Of a stretch of DNA of 32,000 nucleotides, positions 1 through 9,137 are shown one piece after another (within the stretch, counting starts at the first letter, position 1; every line of letters begins with the position of its first letter). Position numbers and translations under genes: made by a program. The DNA lies in the NCBI GenBank assembly GCA_942492995.1, contig OW818653.1:720001-752000 (forward strand). The letters run 5' to 3'. This stretch comes from an uncultured Erysipelotrichaceae bacterium (GTDB taxonomy: Bacteria; Bacillota_I; Bacilli_A; Erysipelotrichales; Erysipelotrichaceae). The notes under the pieces are model-generated. The model was not told the origin of the DNA. It did not search any database and saw only the letters and a list, made by a program, of their open reading frames with translations.

Positions 1-2437
1 CACGTGATAATTCAAGTGCTTTGAAGATATCCGTACGTAACGCAAATAATTTATCCCAATCTTCTGTATTAACACTTGGTAATTCCATATGAACTGGTAA
101 TTCTTTTAAATGTACAGAATCTTGATTTGGATAAAGCGCATCATGTACTTCTTCCATTGTATGTGAAAGTATAGGAGCTAAGATGCGGTTTAAACTATCG
201 ACTACAGTATGTAAAACCGTTTGGACTTCTAATCGACGTTGACCTTCTTTTTTATCAATGTATAGTATGTCCTTCGTAAAGTCTAAGTAATACGCTGACA
301 TTTGATTGGTCATGAAATTACTGACTGCACTGACTAAATTCTTATAGTCATATGTACGATATACGACATGCGCTAAATCAATGATTTGATTGAGTTGGTC
401 CAAGATGTATAAATCAACTTTTGGTAAATCACTAAATTTAACTTTTTTATTTACATCAAATTCATCTAGATTACCTAATAAGAATCTAAATGTATTCCTC
501 ATTTTCTTATAACTTTCAATAACTTGTTTTAAGAGATCATCTGAGATACGTACATCTGATTGATAATCAATTGAACTTGCCCATAGACGTAAGATATCTG
601 CACCAGATGTCTTAACAACCTTATTAGGTTCAACTGTATTGCCTAATGATTTACTCATCTTTTCGCCTTTACCATCCAACACAAAGCCATGTGTTAAGAC
701 TTCTTTATATGGCGCATGTCCGTGTACTGCGGTTGAAACGATAAGTGAGCTATTAAACCAACCACGATATTGGTCAGAACCTTCAAGGTATAAATCAACG
801 GGTAATTTACCACCACGGGCAAGAATTACACCTGTATGGGATGATCCAGAATCAAACCAAACATCCATGATGTCTGTTTCTTTTCTGAATAGTCCTTCTG
901 GACTTTCTGGATGAGTATAACCTGATGGTAATAAATCTTTCGCATCTTTATTAAACCAAATATTTGATCCTTCATTCTTAAATAATTCAGATACATGTTT
1001 GAATACAGCTTCATCCATGATTGGTGTGTTTTCTTGAGTATAGAAAATAGGAATTGGAACACCCCACGCACGTTGACGTGAAATACACCAGTCACCACGA
1101 TCTTTGATCATATTATGCATTCTGAGTTTACCCCATTCAGGAACCCATTTAACATTATCAATTTCATGTAATAATTGTGTACGAATCTTTTCAATTGACG
1201 CAAACCATTGTGTTGTGGCACGGAAAATAACCGGTTTCTTTGTACGCCAATCATGTGGATAACTATGCACGATATGTTCAAGTGCTAATAAAGCATGCTC
1301 GTTATCAAGATATTCAATAACTGTTTTATTCGCAACTTCGACAAACTGACCTACTAAGAAATCACCAGCTTCTGCCGTCATACAACCACGATCATCTACT
1401 GGACAGAACGCTTCTAACCCATATTTACGACCAACATTAAAGTCTTCAACCCCATGTCCAGGAGCTGTATGGACACAACCTGTCCCATCTTCATCTGTGA
1501 CATGATCGCCTAATATTACAATAGAAGTACGATCATAGAGTGGATGTTTGGTTTGGATGAATTCACATTCAGAACCTTTAAATGTCGCAAGAACACCTAA
1601 ATTAACTAATTTGAAACGTGTTAATAAATCTTCCATTAAACGTTTCGCAAAAATCAAGTTACCCTTTTCAGTCTTAACTTTTACATATTCGATATCCGCA
1701 TTTAAACAGATCGCAAGATTCGCAGGGATTGTCCAAGGAGTTGTTGTCCAGATGACGAAATAATCACCTTTATCAACAGGTCCTTTAGCTTCAGTCACTT
1801 CAAAACGAACGAAAATAGTTTCATCTTTTTTATCATGATATTCAATTTCAGCTTCAGCTAAAGCACTTTCACTACTTGGACTCCAATAGACTGGTTTTAA
1901 ACCTTTGTAGATTAAACCATCCATCGCCATCTTACCGAATACTTCGATTTGTTTAGCTTCAAACTCTTTTTGAAGTGTCGCATAGTAATGGTCATAATCG
2001 CCAATTGTACCAAGAGCTTTCATATCAGCCATTTGTGTTTCAATTTGTTTACGCGCATACGCATCACAAAGTTCTCTAAAATCATAGGTACTCATCGTTT
2101 TACGATTATGTCCTAATTTAGAGATTGCGGTTTCAATTGGTAATCCGTGTGTATCCCAACCAGGTACGAATAAACTTTGATACCCTAACATATGATGGCT
2201 CTTAACCACGATATCTTTAAGGATCTTGTTTAATGCATGACCGATATGGATATTACCATTTGCGTATGGAGGACCATCATGTAGAACAAATGGTGTTCTA
2301 TCTTTATGATGTTCTTTCATCTTCTCATAAAGATTTTCTTCTTTCCAACGCTCTTGGAATTTAGGCTCTTTCTGAGTCAAATTCGCACGCATTTCAAATT
2401 CTGTTTTAGGCATTAATAATGTGTCTTTATATTCCAT
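1..2437 (-). CDS. ileS: Isoleucyl-tRNA synthetase, N-terminal 812 codons (3' end lies beyond the left window edge)
   Basis: It is missing from the ORF track because it has no stop in the window. Hand translation of the minus strand from the ATG at 2435-2437 gives MEYKDTLLMPKTEFEMRANLTQKEPKFQERWKEENLYEKMKEHHKDRTPFVLHDGPPYANGNIHIGHALNKILKD (HIGH motif). GEKMSKSLGN (KMSKS) is encoded near 640-670. The frame is still open at position 1 (..DWDKLFALRTDIFKALELSR). An SD-like GAAAGAGGGA lies just upstream, and a T-box leader precedes it. Confidence 0.95.
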   Translation of the reverse strand, partial: MEYKDTLLMPKTEFEMRANLTQKEPKFQERWKEENLYEKMKEHHKDRTPFVLHDGPPYANGNIHIGHALNKILKDIVVKSHHMLGYQSLFVPGWDTHGLPIETAISKLGHNRKTMSTYDFRELCDAYARKQIETQMADMKALGTIGDYDHYYATLQKEFEAKQIEVFGKMAMDGLIYKGLKPVYWSPSSESALAEAEIEYHDKKDETIFVRFEVTEAKGPVDKGDYFVIWTTTPWTIPANLAICLNADIEYVKVKTEKGNLIFAKRLMEDLLTRFKLVNLGVLATFKGSECEFIQTKHPLYDRTSIVILGDHVTDEDGTGCVHTAPGHGVEDFNVGRKYGLEAFCPVDDRGCMTAEAGDFLVGQFVEVANKTVIEYLDNEHALLALEHIVHSYPHDWRTKKPVIFRATTQWFASIEKIRTQLLHEIDNVKWVPEWGKLRMHNMIKDRGDWCISRQRAWGVPIPIFYTQENTPIMDEAVFKHVSELFKNEGSNIWFNKDAKDLLPSGYTHPESPEGLFRKETDIMDVWFDSGSSHTGVILARGGKLPVDLYLEGSDQYRGWFNSSLIVSTAVHGHAPYKEVLTHGFVLDGKGEKMSKSLGNTVEPNKVVKTSGADILRLWASSIDYQSDVRISDDLLKQVIESYKKMRNTFRFLLGNLDEFDVNKKVKFSDLPKVDLYILDQLNQIIDLAHVVYRTYDYKNLVSAVSNFMTNQMSAYYLDFTKDILYIDKKEGQRRLEVQTVLHTVVDSLNRILAPILSHTMEEVHDALYPNQDSVHLKELPVHMELPSVNTEDWDKLFALRTDIFKALELSR

Positions 2438-2451
2438 AATTCCCTCTTTCT

Positions 2452-2622
2452 CATAAAAAAAGCATCCTAATCTAAGGACGCTTAGCGTGGTACCACCTTA
2501 GTTCATCTTGCGATGCACTCAACACAATAACGGTGTGTTCCGTCATTCCTTTTAATCGGAATACGACTTCCAAGTGATGTCCAATGTTTCATTCAGGCTT
2601 TTTTTCACCAACCAAAAGCTCT
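2452..2622 (-). promoter_or_regulatory. T-box riboswitch leader (tRNA-Ile sensing) with intrinsic terminator, controlling ileS
   Basis: The minus strand reads ..TTAGAGAGCTTTTGGTTGGTGAAAAAAAGCCTGAAT.. (AG-bulge-like AGAGAG and a GGTGAAA distal-loop-like motif). The conserved T-box core AAGGTGGTACCACG lies at about 2487-2500. It is followed by the terminator hairpin GCGTCCTTAGATTAGGATGC plus a T7 run (2454-2481). The Ile codons AUU and AUC (GGACAUCAC) lie where the specifier loop is expected. Confidence 0.85.
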
Positions 2623-3126
2623 CTAATTCTGAATATCAACAGGCACGTCTTGTTCCTTGTCTTTATCATTAATATACTTTACAACTGGAATCCTTGGCAC
2701 TTCAAATGCCTCAATGGATTCAGTTAACTGATGCAACTTCTCAAGCATATCTGCTCTAACACCCTGCGCATCTTTACTAATTCGGGCAATCTCGACTAAT
2801 ACTAGTTTGGCTGTTGATAAAGCCTCTTTGACAATTGAATCCGCGTTATTCTGTGCTGAACTTATGACAGAATTCGCTTCTCTTAAGGCTAATCGTGCGA
2901 TATCATCCGCAGCTTTTTCACGAACATTAAGTTCACTGACTAAACTTTGATATCGATCTTTAATCTGATTTAACTGGTCGGACGCAAACTCAGTTTGTTT
3001 GATGTAACTCTGAAGTTGTTTATCTTTAGAATCCAACTCAAACTCAAGTCTTTCAAAGGCATCATCTACCGCAAATCGGTCATAGCCTTTTTTCATGATC
3101 CGAAATTTCGGTTTTTTTGCCTCCAT
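2623..3126 (-). CDS. divIVA: DivIVA-domain cell division protein
   Basis: The ORF is 2623..3138. The N-terminal KPKFRIMKKGYDRFAVDDAFERL matches the DivIVA N-terminal motif, and the rest is coiled-coil-like. The sepF-divIVA-ileS order matches Bacillus. I prefer the ATG at 3126 (GGGTGA SD-like 6 nt upstream) over the TTG at 3138. Confidence 0.8.
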   Translation of the reverse strand: MEAKKPKFRIMKKGYDRFAVDDAFERLEFELDSKDKQLQSYIKQTEFASDQLNQIKDRYQSLVSELNVREKAADDIARLALREANSVISSAQNNADSIVKEALSTAKLVLVEIARISKDAQGVRADMLEKLHQLTESIEAFEVPRIPVVKYINDKDKEQDVPVDIQN

Positions 3127-3191
3127 AGTTTCACCCAACCCTTGTTAAAGATGTTCTCATTATCACACAATCATTTTGACTTGGCAAGAAC

Positions 3192-3587
3192 CTAATTCTC
3201 TTCTTCCGCATCAATCGAAATCTTACCATGAACACCTACACTTTTAGGTGCACAGAGTATAACATTATGTCCAATTTTCTGAATTGAACCATCTAACGCA
3301 AACACAACACCTGTTAAAAAATCAATAGATCGTTGCGCATATTCACGATTCAAACGATGTAAATTGACGACTGCTGCACGACGATCTTTTAAGTGGCGAG
3401 CAACTTCTTCAGCTTCATCAAATGTACGTGGTTCGAATAAAACCATTTTAGTATCCATACTTACTTTAGAAAAACTCTTATTGGTTGGTTCTTCATAATC
3501 ACTTAAACGTGATGCTTCTTCTTCGTCTAACTCTATTTCTTCTTCCATTGGGACAAAGAAATTCTTTATTTTTCCAAATATTGCCAT
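3192..3587 (-). CDS. sepF: Cell division protein SepF
   Basis: The C-terminal core MVLFEPRTFDEAEEVARHLKDRRAAVVNLHRLNREYAQRSIDFLTGVVFALDGSIQKIGHNVILCAP is typical of SepF. The start is set at the internal ATG 3585-3587 (MAIFGKIKNFF) with a GGAGG SD. The longer ORF (to 3653) would read through the hpf terminator. Confidence 0.85.
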   Translation of the reverse strand: MAIFGKIKNFFVPMEEEIELDEEEASRLSDYEEPTNKSFSKVSMDTKMVLFEPRTFDEAEEVARHLKDRRAAVVNLHRLNREYAQRSIDFLTGVVFALDGSIQKIGHNVILCAPKSVGVHGKISIDAEEEN

Positions 3588-3609
3588 AATAGACCTCCGA
3601 CATAGTATT

Positions 3610-3618
3610 AGTATAGCA
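3610..3618 (-). promoter_or_regulatory. Extended -10 promoter element (TGcTATACT) for sepF
   Basis: The minus strand reads TGCTATACT about 25 nt upstream of the sepF start, immediately after the hpf terminator. No convincing -35 was found. Confidence 0.4.
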
Positions 3619-3626
3619 CTATAACA

Positions 3627-3654
3627 TAAAAAAATGGATGGTTTCCCATCCATT
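3627..3654 (-). terminator. Rho-independent terminator of hpf
   Basis: The minus strand reads ATGGATGG-GAAA-CCATCCAT (8 bp stem) followed by TTTTTTT, starting 3 nt after the hpf stop. Confidence 0.8.
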
Positions 3655-3656
3655 TG

Positions 3657-4196
3657 TTAATTTGCAGGTGAGGTTTCGAGTAAGCCATATCCACCATCAA
3701 GTCGTTTGTATAAAACTGATATATGGTGATCTTCTTCATCTGTATAAATGAAGAATGAATGACCTAACATTTCCATGCGCATAATCGCATCATCTAAACT
3801 CATAAGCTCTGCGGTAATCGTTTTAGTCTTTACCACACCTTGTGGTACTACTTCGTCAACCTTATCAATTTGTTCAATAAATGCTTTAGACAATTTCTCA
3901 CGATGTTTCTTAGATAATCGTGTTTTTTGTTTGCGGATCTGATCTTCTATTTTATCGATGGCAAGATCGATTGCCGCATAATAATCTTCGTGACTTACCT
4001 CTGCTCTGAGTATCGCAACCTTACTTAGGATTGTGACCTCTACTTTCAAATTCTTTGGATTCACCTTAATCGAGATATTCGCAGGTGTATCCTCCTCTAT
4101 CAAGAAGAACTTTTCAAGAAAGGCTAGTTTCTTCTGTGTGGTTTGAAGCATTGCTTCGGTTATAGTCAAATTCTTTCCGTGGATATGAAGTTTCAT
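3657..4196 (-). CDS. hpf: Ribosome hibernation promoting factor, long form
   Basis: MKLHIHGKNLTITEAMLQTT.. is the S30AE/HPF N-domain. The C-terminal dimerisation-type domain is (..MSLDDAIMRMEMLGHSFFIYTDEEDHHISVLYKRLDGGYGLLE). The ATG at 4196 has an AGGAGG SD 8 nt upstream. The ORF-track start at 4202 is a GTG inside the spacer. Confidence 0.9.
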   Translation of the reverse strand: MKLHIHGKNLTITEAMLQTTQKKLAFLEKFFLIEEDTPANISIKVNPKNLKVEVTILSKVAILRAEVSHEDYYAAIDLAIDKIEDQIRKQKTRLSKKHREKLSKAFIEQIDKVDEVVPQGVVKTKTITAELMSLDDAIMRMEMLGHSFFIYTDEEDHHISVLYKRLDGGYGLLETSPAN

Positions 4197-4303
4197 CGTC
4201 ACTTCCTCCTTACACTCATTATACGAGCTTTTTTATAAAGAAGGAGTCTTTTTGACCTGAAATTTTTGTGATACACTATGGGTAACGTGCTCAGGCACTT
4301 TTT

Positions 4304-5242
4304 TTATTTTAAATATGTTTGTAAGAATTGACTTACATTAGAGAAAGTAATCTTTTCTACTTCAGTTTGTGTAAATCCTTCTTCAAATAACGCTTTTACG
4401 AAGTTTTGTGATTCACTCGCATCCTGTAAATCAGACGCCATTGAGAAACGTCCAAAATCACCTTCAAGGAAATCCATATAATCAAACCCAATCGCTAAAT
4501 TATCTATTCCACCCAACGATTTAATATGACTGGCATGACGTGCTAACTCTTTCGCATTTTGATATGTATCATTCAAACTCACAAACTTCTTAGCCGCAAC
4601 CAATCCAATTAAACCTCTATTTCTAATCAATGCGAGGATTTGTTGATCTGTAAGATTACGATCCACATTACTTAAATTACGTGTATTACTATGTGTCGCA
4701 ATTATTGGTTTACTCGATAATGTAATGATATCCCAGAAACTCTTCTCATTTGTATGTGAGATATCAATAATCATATTCAATTGATTCATACGTTTAATCG
4801 CACGTTGTCCTAATTCAGTTAAACCTCTTAATGGATTACCACGAACTCCAGTTGATAACGCATTTTCATCGTTCCATGATAATGAACCAATACGAACTCC
4901 CTTTTCATATAACCAATCGATAATCTCTTCCGGATTATCTTTAATAAAGCACATACCTTCTACTGTCATCATCGCATTAATTCGCGTCTGATCTAATTCC
5001 CCACCTCTATATGCATATAGTGTATCTGGATTAGCTTCAATCTCTGATTTAAGCGATTCAACCATTTTTATCGCAGTTTCAAGTGTTTCATGACCCTCAA
5101 AAAAACAAGCCATCCCAACACCATATACTTCACCTTTATGCAATTTATCGATGTGGTATCTTTTCAATATATCCGTTTCATTCTTCTCAACTTGGGTTAA
5201 AACATGCAACCCTATATCCGCATGCAAATCAAATAGTTTCAT
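4304..5242 (-). CDS. Membrane-dipeptidase family (peptidase M19) protein
   Basis: The N-terminal MKLFDLHADIG carries the HxD metal motif. The 312 aa length and overall pattern (..ISHTNEKSFWD.., ..IATHSNTRNL..) are typical of renal-dipeptidase-like M19 enzymes. Confidence 0.8.
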   Translation of the reverse strand: MKLFDLHADIGLHVLTQVEKNETDILKRYHIDKLHKGEVYGVGMACFFEGHETLETAIKMVESLKSEIEANPDTLYAYRGGELDQTRINAMMTVEGMCFIKDNPEEIIDWLYEKGVRIGSLSWNDENALSTGVRGNPLRGLTELGQRAIKRMNQLNMIIDISHTNEKSFWDIITLSSKPIIATHSNTRNLSNVDRNLTDQQILALIRNRGLIGLVAAKKFVSLNDTYQNAKELARHASHIKSLGGIDNLAIGFDYMDFLEGDFGRFSMASDLQDASESQNFVKALFEEGFTQTEVEKITFSNVSQFLQTYLK

Positions 5243-5243
5243 A

Positions 5244-6206
5244 TTAATAGATCGAACGATAGAATTTTAACTCCATCTCATTCGCCTTTCCTGTATCGTA
5301 TCCTAAATCATTCAAAATATTATCTAAAGTCACTTTTTTATTTTCATACACAATATCATTTAATCGATACAATACAGCTTGTCCAACTAGGACTGCTTCA
5401 TCGTATAAATCCACAAAACTTTTCGTACTAATCGCATTGTCACATGGATGTTCCCAAGGACTATGCTTTAAGTTCAATACATCATGTTCTGTATCAATTT
5501 TACCAATTACCATATGACTCGAATATTTCCATTCTAATCCCATTGCTTTTTCTGCAGCTTGTATCAATGGAAATAGGGTTGTATTTGGATCAAATAACAT
5601 CTTTGATAACTTATGCATACTTGCAAAACATTCTTCATAAATTTCAGTACCGAAATCTAGATTATAAACACTTAAAACAATCTTACGATAGAATTCACCA
5701 ATAATTAAACGATGTTCAGGAAGTGAATCGACAAACTCATAACTCTTTGTTTCATTTAATCGATACCCTTTTATTTGCTTAACCATCATTGTATCAATCA
5801 TTGATTCAAAACGATAATGCCAATATTTAGTATCACCCGCAATCTCTCCACTACGATTAAATACAAATGGATGAGCTTTGTGATCAAGTGACCAATGCAT
5901 TAAGTGTCCTGCTAGAAACGCAATTAATACTTCTTTATTTTCGGTTTCAGCTTGAATTAATTCAACTGCTTTTGCGTAGAAACGATTAATCCATTTACGA
6001 TGAATTATATTCCCAACTTCATGAACTGGTTTTGCGTCTTTATCATCTTGAAATGGTAAAGCTTTGTAATAGAATAAGAAATCAGGTCCGCTTGTTGCCA
6101 TAGAAAAAACGCGAGGATATTTTTGTATAACTCGCTTAATTTCTAAATTAGGTAATTGTTGTAATACATCATTCGCACATAAAGCATGAGCAATTATATT
6201 CGGCAT
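5244..6206 (-). CDS. Zinc-dependent phospholipase C-like family protein (function unknown)
   Basis: MPNIIAHALCANDV.., ..SGPDFLFYYK.., and ..GHLMHWSLDHKAHPFV.. resemble the His/Asp-rich motifs of the Zn_dep_PLPC-type family as recalled from memory. There is no signal peptide, so it is probably cytoplasmic and not a toxin-type PLC. Confidence 0.55.
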   Translation of the reverse strand: MPNIIAHALCANDVLQQLPNLEIKRVIQKYPRVFSMATSGPDFLFYYKALPFQDDKDAKPVHEVGNIIHRKWINRFYAKAVELIQAETENKEVLIAFLAGHLMHWSLDHKAHPFVFNRSGEIAGDTKYWHYRFESMIDTMMVKQIKGYRLNETKSYEFVDSLPEHRLIIGEFYRKIVLSVYNLDFGTEIYEECFASMHKLSKMLFDPNTTLFPLIQAAEKAMGLEWKYSSHMVIGKIDTEHDVLNLKHSPWEHPCDNAISTKSFVDLYDEAVLVGQAVLYRLNDIVYENKKVTLDNILNDLGYDTGKANEMELKFYRSIY

Positions 6207-6215
6207 AAATCCTCC

Positions 6216-7664
6216 TTAGATGAGTGATTCTAACCATTGAAATACTTTAACCATCGCTAAGGTATCCATTCGACAGTAACTTAACAATGCGGCTCTAACT
6301 TCATCTTGTTCTTCATCATCAACTAAATTTCGATAATGATAAACCGCATCCATACCATGACTTATTGCCAGATATTCATACGATAATTCAGGATGAATTG
6401 CTTCAATAATACGTTTAAGTGAATAAGCACCCTTCATTCTCTCATCATAGACTAACCCATCAATAAACACCTGAGCTAAATCGACAAATCGATCGATTAT
6501 TTTAAATAATTCTTCGCTGTATTGAGGTAATTGAGTTGCTAACTGTCTTAAACGAATCGCTTCTGCACCAAACGCATTGTATGCAATAATCGGGCCATCA
6601 CTCGGAATATGCTCTAAGAGTGACACAATAAACGCTTCTCGGCAATCACCTTGCCCAAGAAATTCACGATGATGAACCAAATCATCTTCTATAAAATGCA
6701 AAGAATATTGAAATGGTACAACATCAAATGGATGCATTGAATCAAACGGAGGAATACCGTATGTATCCCATTCAAAATCAATGAAAGACATGACTGGTTT
6801 CTTAATATCATTAATCCATACTGATAAGGCCCTTTGATCCACAAAACGTCCATCTAAACGTGACGCCATAATCTGAGCGTATTGTGCTTTACTTAAGACT
6901 AAATCATCAAGTGGAATGTCTTGAATCTTTGTTATTCCTTGTTTCAACCATTCTTTTTTCATTGGATTTGAGAAATGATAAATTGAATTCTCACCTAAAT
7001 CTAATCCTTTAAAACAAATATTGAACTTCTCACATTTAATTGGATTAGGACATTCTTCTAATGTGATTGGATATGTTTCAAGTTTAATAACCTTTTCCAT
7101 TTCATTTAGATTATTCTCTAAATTTCTCTCACGTTTTGAGACAATACTTAATATATCACCTTGAACATGTCCACTTGGTTTAATAAAGTTAGATGTTAGA
7201 ATAAAACAATCATCAATTGATAAATCACCTTGTCTTAAATATTCTTTATTAAAATACATTGAATGAATCTTTGTGACTGTAATTCCATTTTGTTTAAGAA
7301 CCCAATAATGATTCGAAAAATAACTCGCATCTTCTACTCTGGATAAAACAGACATTGTATTAAAATACAATTCAAAACCATCCTCAGTTTTATGTAAACC
7401 AGCAACTTTTATTCTTAATCCATTCGCTTCAAAACGTAAGTTAAAACACCACTCATGTTTAGATAGAGCATCAATAGATTCATCCATCGTCATACCTTGT
7501 CTTCCAACAAAGTAATCTTTCGCTTGCGTCTTAACAATCAAAGCTTGATTCATAGACTGAATCATTTGTATAAACGGATTAAAAGTTTGTCTTTCACCAG
7601 TTTGGTTTAACCATAAAATACGTGGACAATTTAAATACTGTCTTAAATCAGAGATATGAAACAT
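6216..7664 (-). CDS. DUF2779-type protein: N-terminal Cas4/RecB-like Cys-cluster domain plus C-terminal RNase H-fold (DEDD-exonuclease-like) domain
   Basis: MFHISDLRQYLNCPRILWL matches the characteristic DUF2779 N-terminus. A CPNPIKCEKFNIC (C-x5-C-x5-C) cluster sits mid-protein. The C-terminal half carries FIDFEWDT, AYNAFGAEAIRL and SHGMDAV, which resemble Exo I/II/III motifs. Confidence 0.6.
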   Translation of the reverse strand: MFHISDLRQYLNCPRILWLNQTGERQTFNPFIQMIQSMNQALIVKTQAKDYFVGRQGMTMDESIDALSKHEWCFNLRFEANGLRIKVAGLHKTEDGFELYFNTMSVLSRVEDASYFSNHYWVLKQNGITVTKIHSMYFNKEYLRQGDLSIDDCFILTSNFIKPSGHVQGDILSIVSKRERNLENNLNEMEKVIKLETYPITLEECPNPIKCEKFNICFKGLDLGENSIYHFSNPMKKEWLKQGITKIQDIPLDDLVLSKAQYAQIMASRLDGRFVDQRALSVWINDIKKPVMSFIDFEWDTYGIPPFDSMHPFDVVPFQYSLHFIEDDLVHHREFLGQGDCREAFIVSLLEHIPSDGPIIAYNAFGAEAIRLRQLATQLPQYSEELFKIIDRFVDLAQVFIDGLVYDERMKGAYSLKRIIEAIHPELSYEYLAISHGMDAVYHYRNLVDDEEQDEVRAALLSYCRMDTLAMVKVFQWLESLI

Positions 7665-7666
7665 GC

Positions 7667-8764
7667 TTAGTAAGCCTCAAATGCCAATCCAAACGCTTCC
7701 GCTACTGGTGCATTTGTGAGTTTACCTTGATATGTATTTAAAGCACTTATTAAGCACTTATTCTGTTTTAATGCTCCATCAAGACCAAGATTCGCTAATA
7801 ATAAGCTGTATTCAAGCGTCGCATTATTCAAACCTAATGTAGATGACAAAGGTACTGCCCCTGGCATATTCGCAACACAATAGTGAATAATTCCATCAAC
7901 GGTAAAGATTGGATCTAAATGCGTTGTTGGATGAGTTGTTTCAAAACAACCACCTTGGTCAACCGCAATATCAACCATAATACTACCCGGTTGCATACGT
8001 TTTAAATCTTCTCTTAAAATTAACTTAGGTGCTTTAGCACCTGGGATTAAAACTGCCCCAATCACAACATCTGTATCAGGTAATAATTCTAGGATTGTTG
8101 AGTGTGTTGAATAACGTGTTTTTAATTGGAAACCAAACTCACTCTCTAATTGTTCTAAACGCGCAATATTACGATCAAGAATTGTAACATCAGCTCCCAT
8201 ACCTATCGCAATTTTAGCCGCATTCTTACCTGCAACGCCAGCCCCAATAACCATTACTTTAGCTTTTTTAACGCCTGGCAATCCGCTTAATAATAAGCCT
8301 TTACCACCAAACGGTTTTTCCATATATTTCGCAGCTTCTTGAATGCTCAAACGTCCTGCAATTTCACTCATTGGTTTAAGTAATGGTAAACTACCATTCA
8401 CATCAAGTGTTTCATACGCAAGTGATGTTACCTTACTATCAAGTAACGCTTTCGTTAATACTTCATCAGCCGCAAGATGCAAGTATGTAAACAACATTAA
8501 ACCTGGTCTAAAGTAAACATACTCACTCTTAAGTGGTTCTTTAACTTTAATCATCAAATTTACATTATCCCAAACTTCTTTTGCGGTATCACAAATCGTT
8601 GCGCCATATGCAACATATTCCGCATCACTAAATCCAGACCCAATACCAGCATCTTTCTCGATTAATACAGTATGTCCTTTATCGACAAAGCTTTTCACAT
8701 ATGCAGGTATTAACCCAACTCGATATTCTTGATTCTTAATTTCTTTTACACATCCAACAAACAT
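7667..8764 (-). CDS. ald: Alanine dehydrogenase
   Basis: The 365 aa product starts VKEIKNQEYRVGLIPAYVKSFVDKGHTVLIEKDAGIGSGFSDAEY and has the Rossmann motif VMVIGAGVAGKNAA. A GGAGG SD precedes the ATG. Confidence 0.92.
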   Translation of the reverse strand: MFVGCVKEIKNQEYRVGLIPAYVKSFVDKGHTVLIEKDAGIGSGFSDAEYVAYGATICDTAKEVWDNVNLMIKVKEPLKSEYVYFRPGLMLFTYLHLAADEVLTKALLDSKVTSLAYETLDVNGSLPLLKPMSEIAGRLSIQEAAKYMEKPFGGKGLLLSGLPGVKKAKVMVIGAGVAGKNAAKIAIGMGADVTILDRNIARLEQLESEFGFQLKTRYSTHSTILELLPDTDVVIGAVLIPGAKAPKLILREDLKRMQPGSIMVDIAVDQGGCFETTHPTTHLDPIFTVDGIIHYCVANMPGAVPLSSTLGLNNATLEYSLLLANLGLDGALKQNKCLISALNTYQGKLTNAPVAEAFGLAFEAY

Positions 8765-9137
8765 AGCTTTAGACCTCCGTGCCTATATTATTCTAACATA
8801 GCTTCTAATTTCAAATTTCTATATTTCACATTTTTTAGATAATACTCATTTTAAATTCAATATTTCAACTTTATATCTCAATTATTTAAACATTTTCTCA
8901 CTTTTTTAACTTAATTATTCAATATAATTTTATTTTTATATATATATTTCAATTTATATCAATAAGTTAGAATAAATCATCAATTCATATAACAACCAAT
9001 AACCTTTAATGAAATACTAAGTTGCCTATACCTTTACTTGAAATGGATCAAAATGGTCATGTTTAATCCCAAATATCACTGAATTAAATATAACATATTG
9101 GCATGAATGGTTATAAGCATTTTCGCAAGAAATAAAT

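Noticed and set aside
639-1763. ORF-track entries 639..914(+), 826..1098(-) and 1548..1763(+), which could be read as small genes
   Set aside because: All three lie inside the ileS coding region, antisense or out of frame. IleS translates continuously through them (KMSKS is encoded near 640-670), and none has an SD. They are low-complexity shadow ORFs.
3588-3653. N-terminal extension of the sepF ORF (MDGKPSIFLCYSAILILCRRSI), which looks like a membrane anchor
   Set aside because: It translates the hpf terminator hairpin and the sepF promoter. The internal ATG at 3587 has a GGAGG SD and gives a normal SepF N-terminus.
4287-4305. The hairpin GTGC-TCAG-GCAC with a T7 run as a terminator after the dipeptidase gene
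   Set aside because: The T run is on the plus strand, but the gene is on the minus strand. The stem is only 4 bp. At best it is a weak, A-tract-preceded pause site, so it was not annotated.
6216-7664. The Cas4-like Cys-cluster nuclease domain as evidence for a CRISPR-Cas or mobile-element locus
   Set aside because: The window has no repeat-spacer array, no cas genes, and no integrase or transposase. The protein matches the stand-alone DUF2779 architecture instead.
8936-8946. A (TA)5 microsatellite as a phase-variation tract
   Set aside because: It is too short and lies far from either promoter core, so there is no evidence that it sets promoter spacing.
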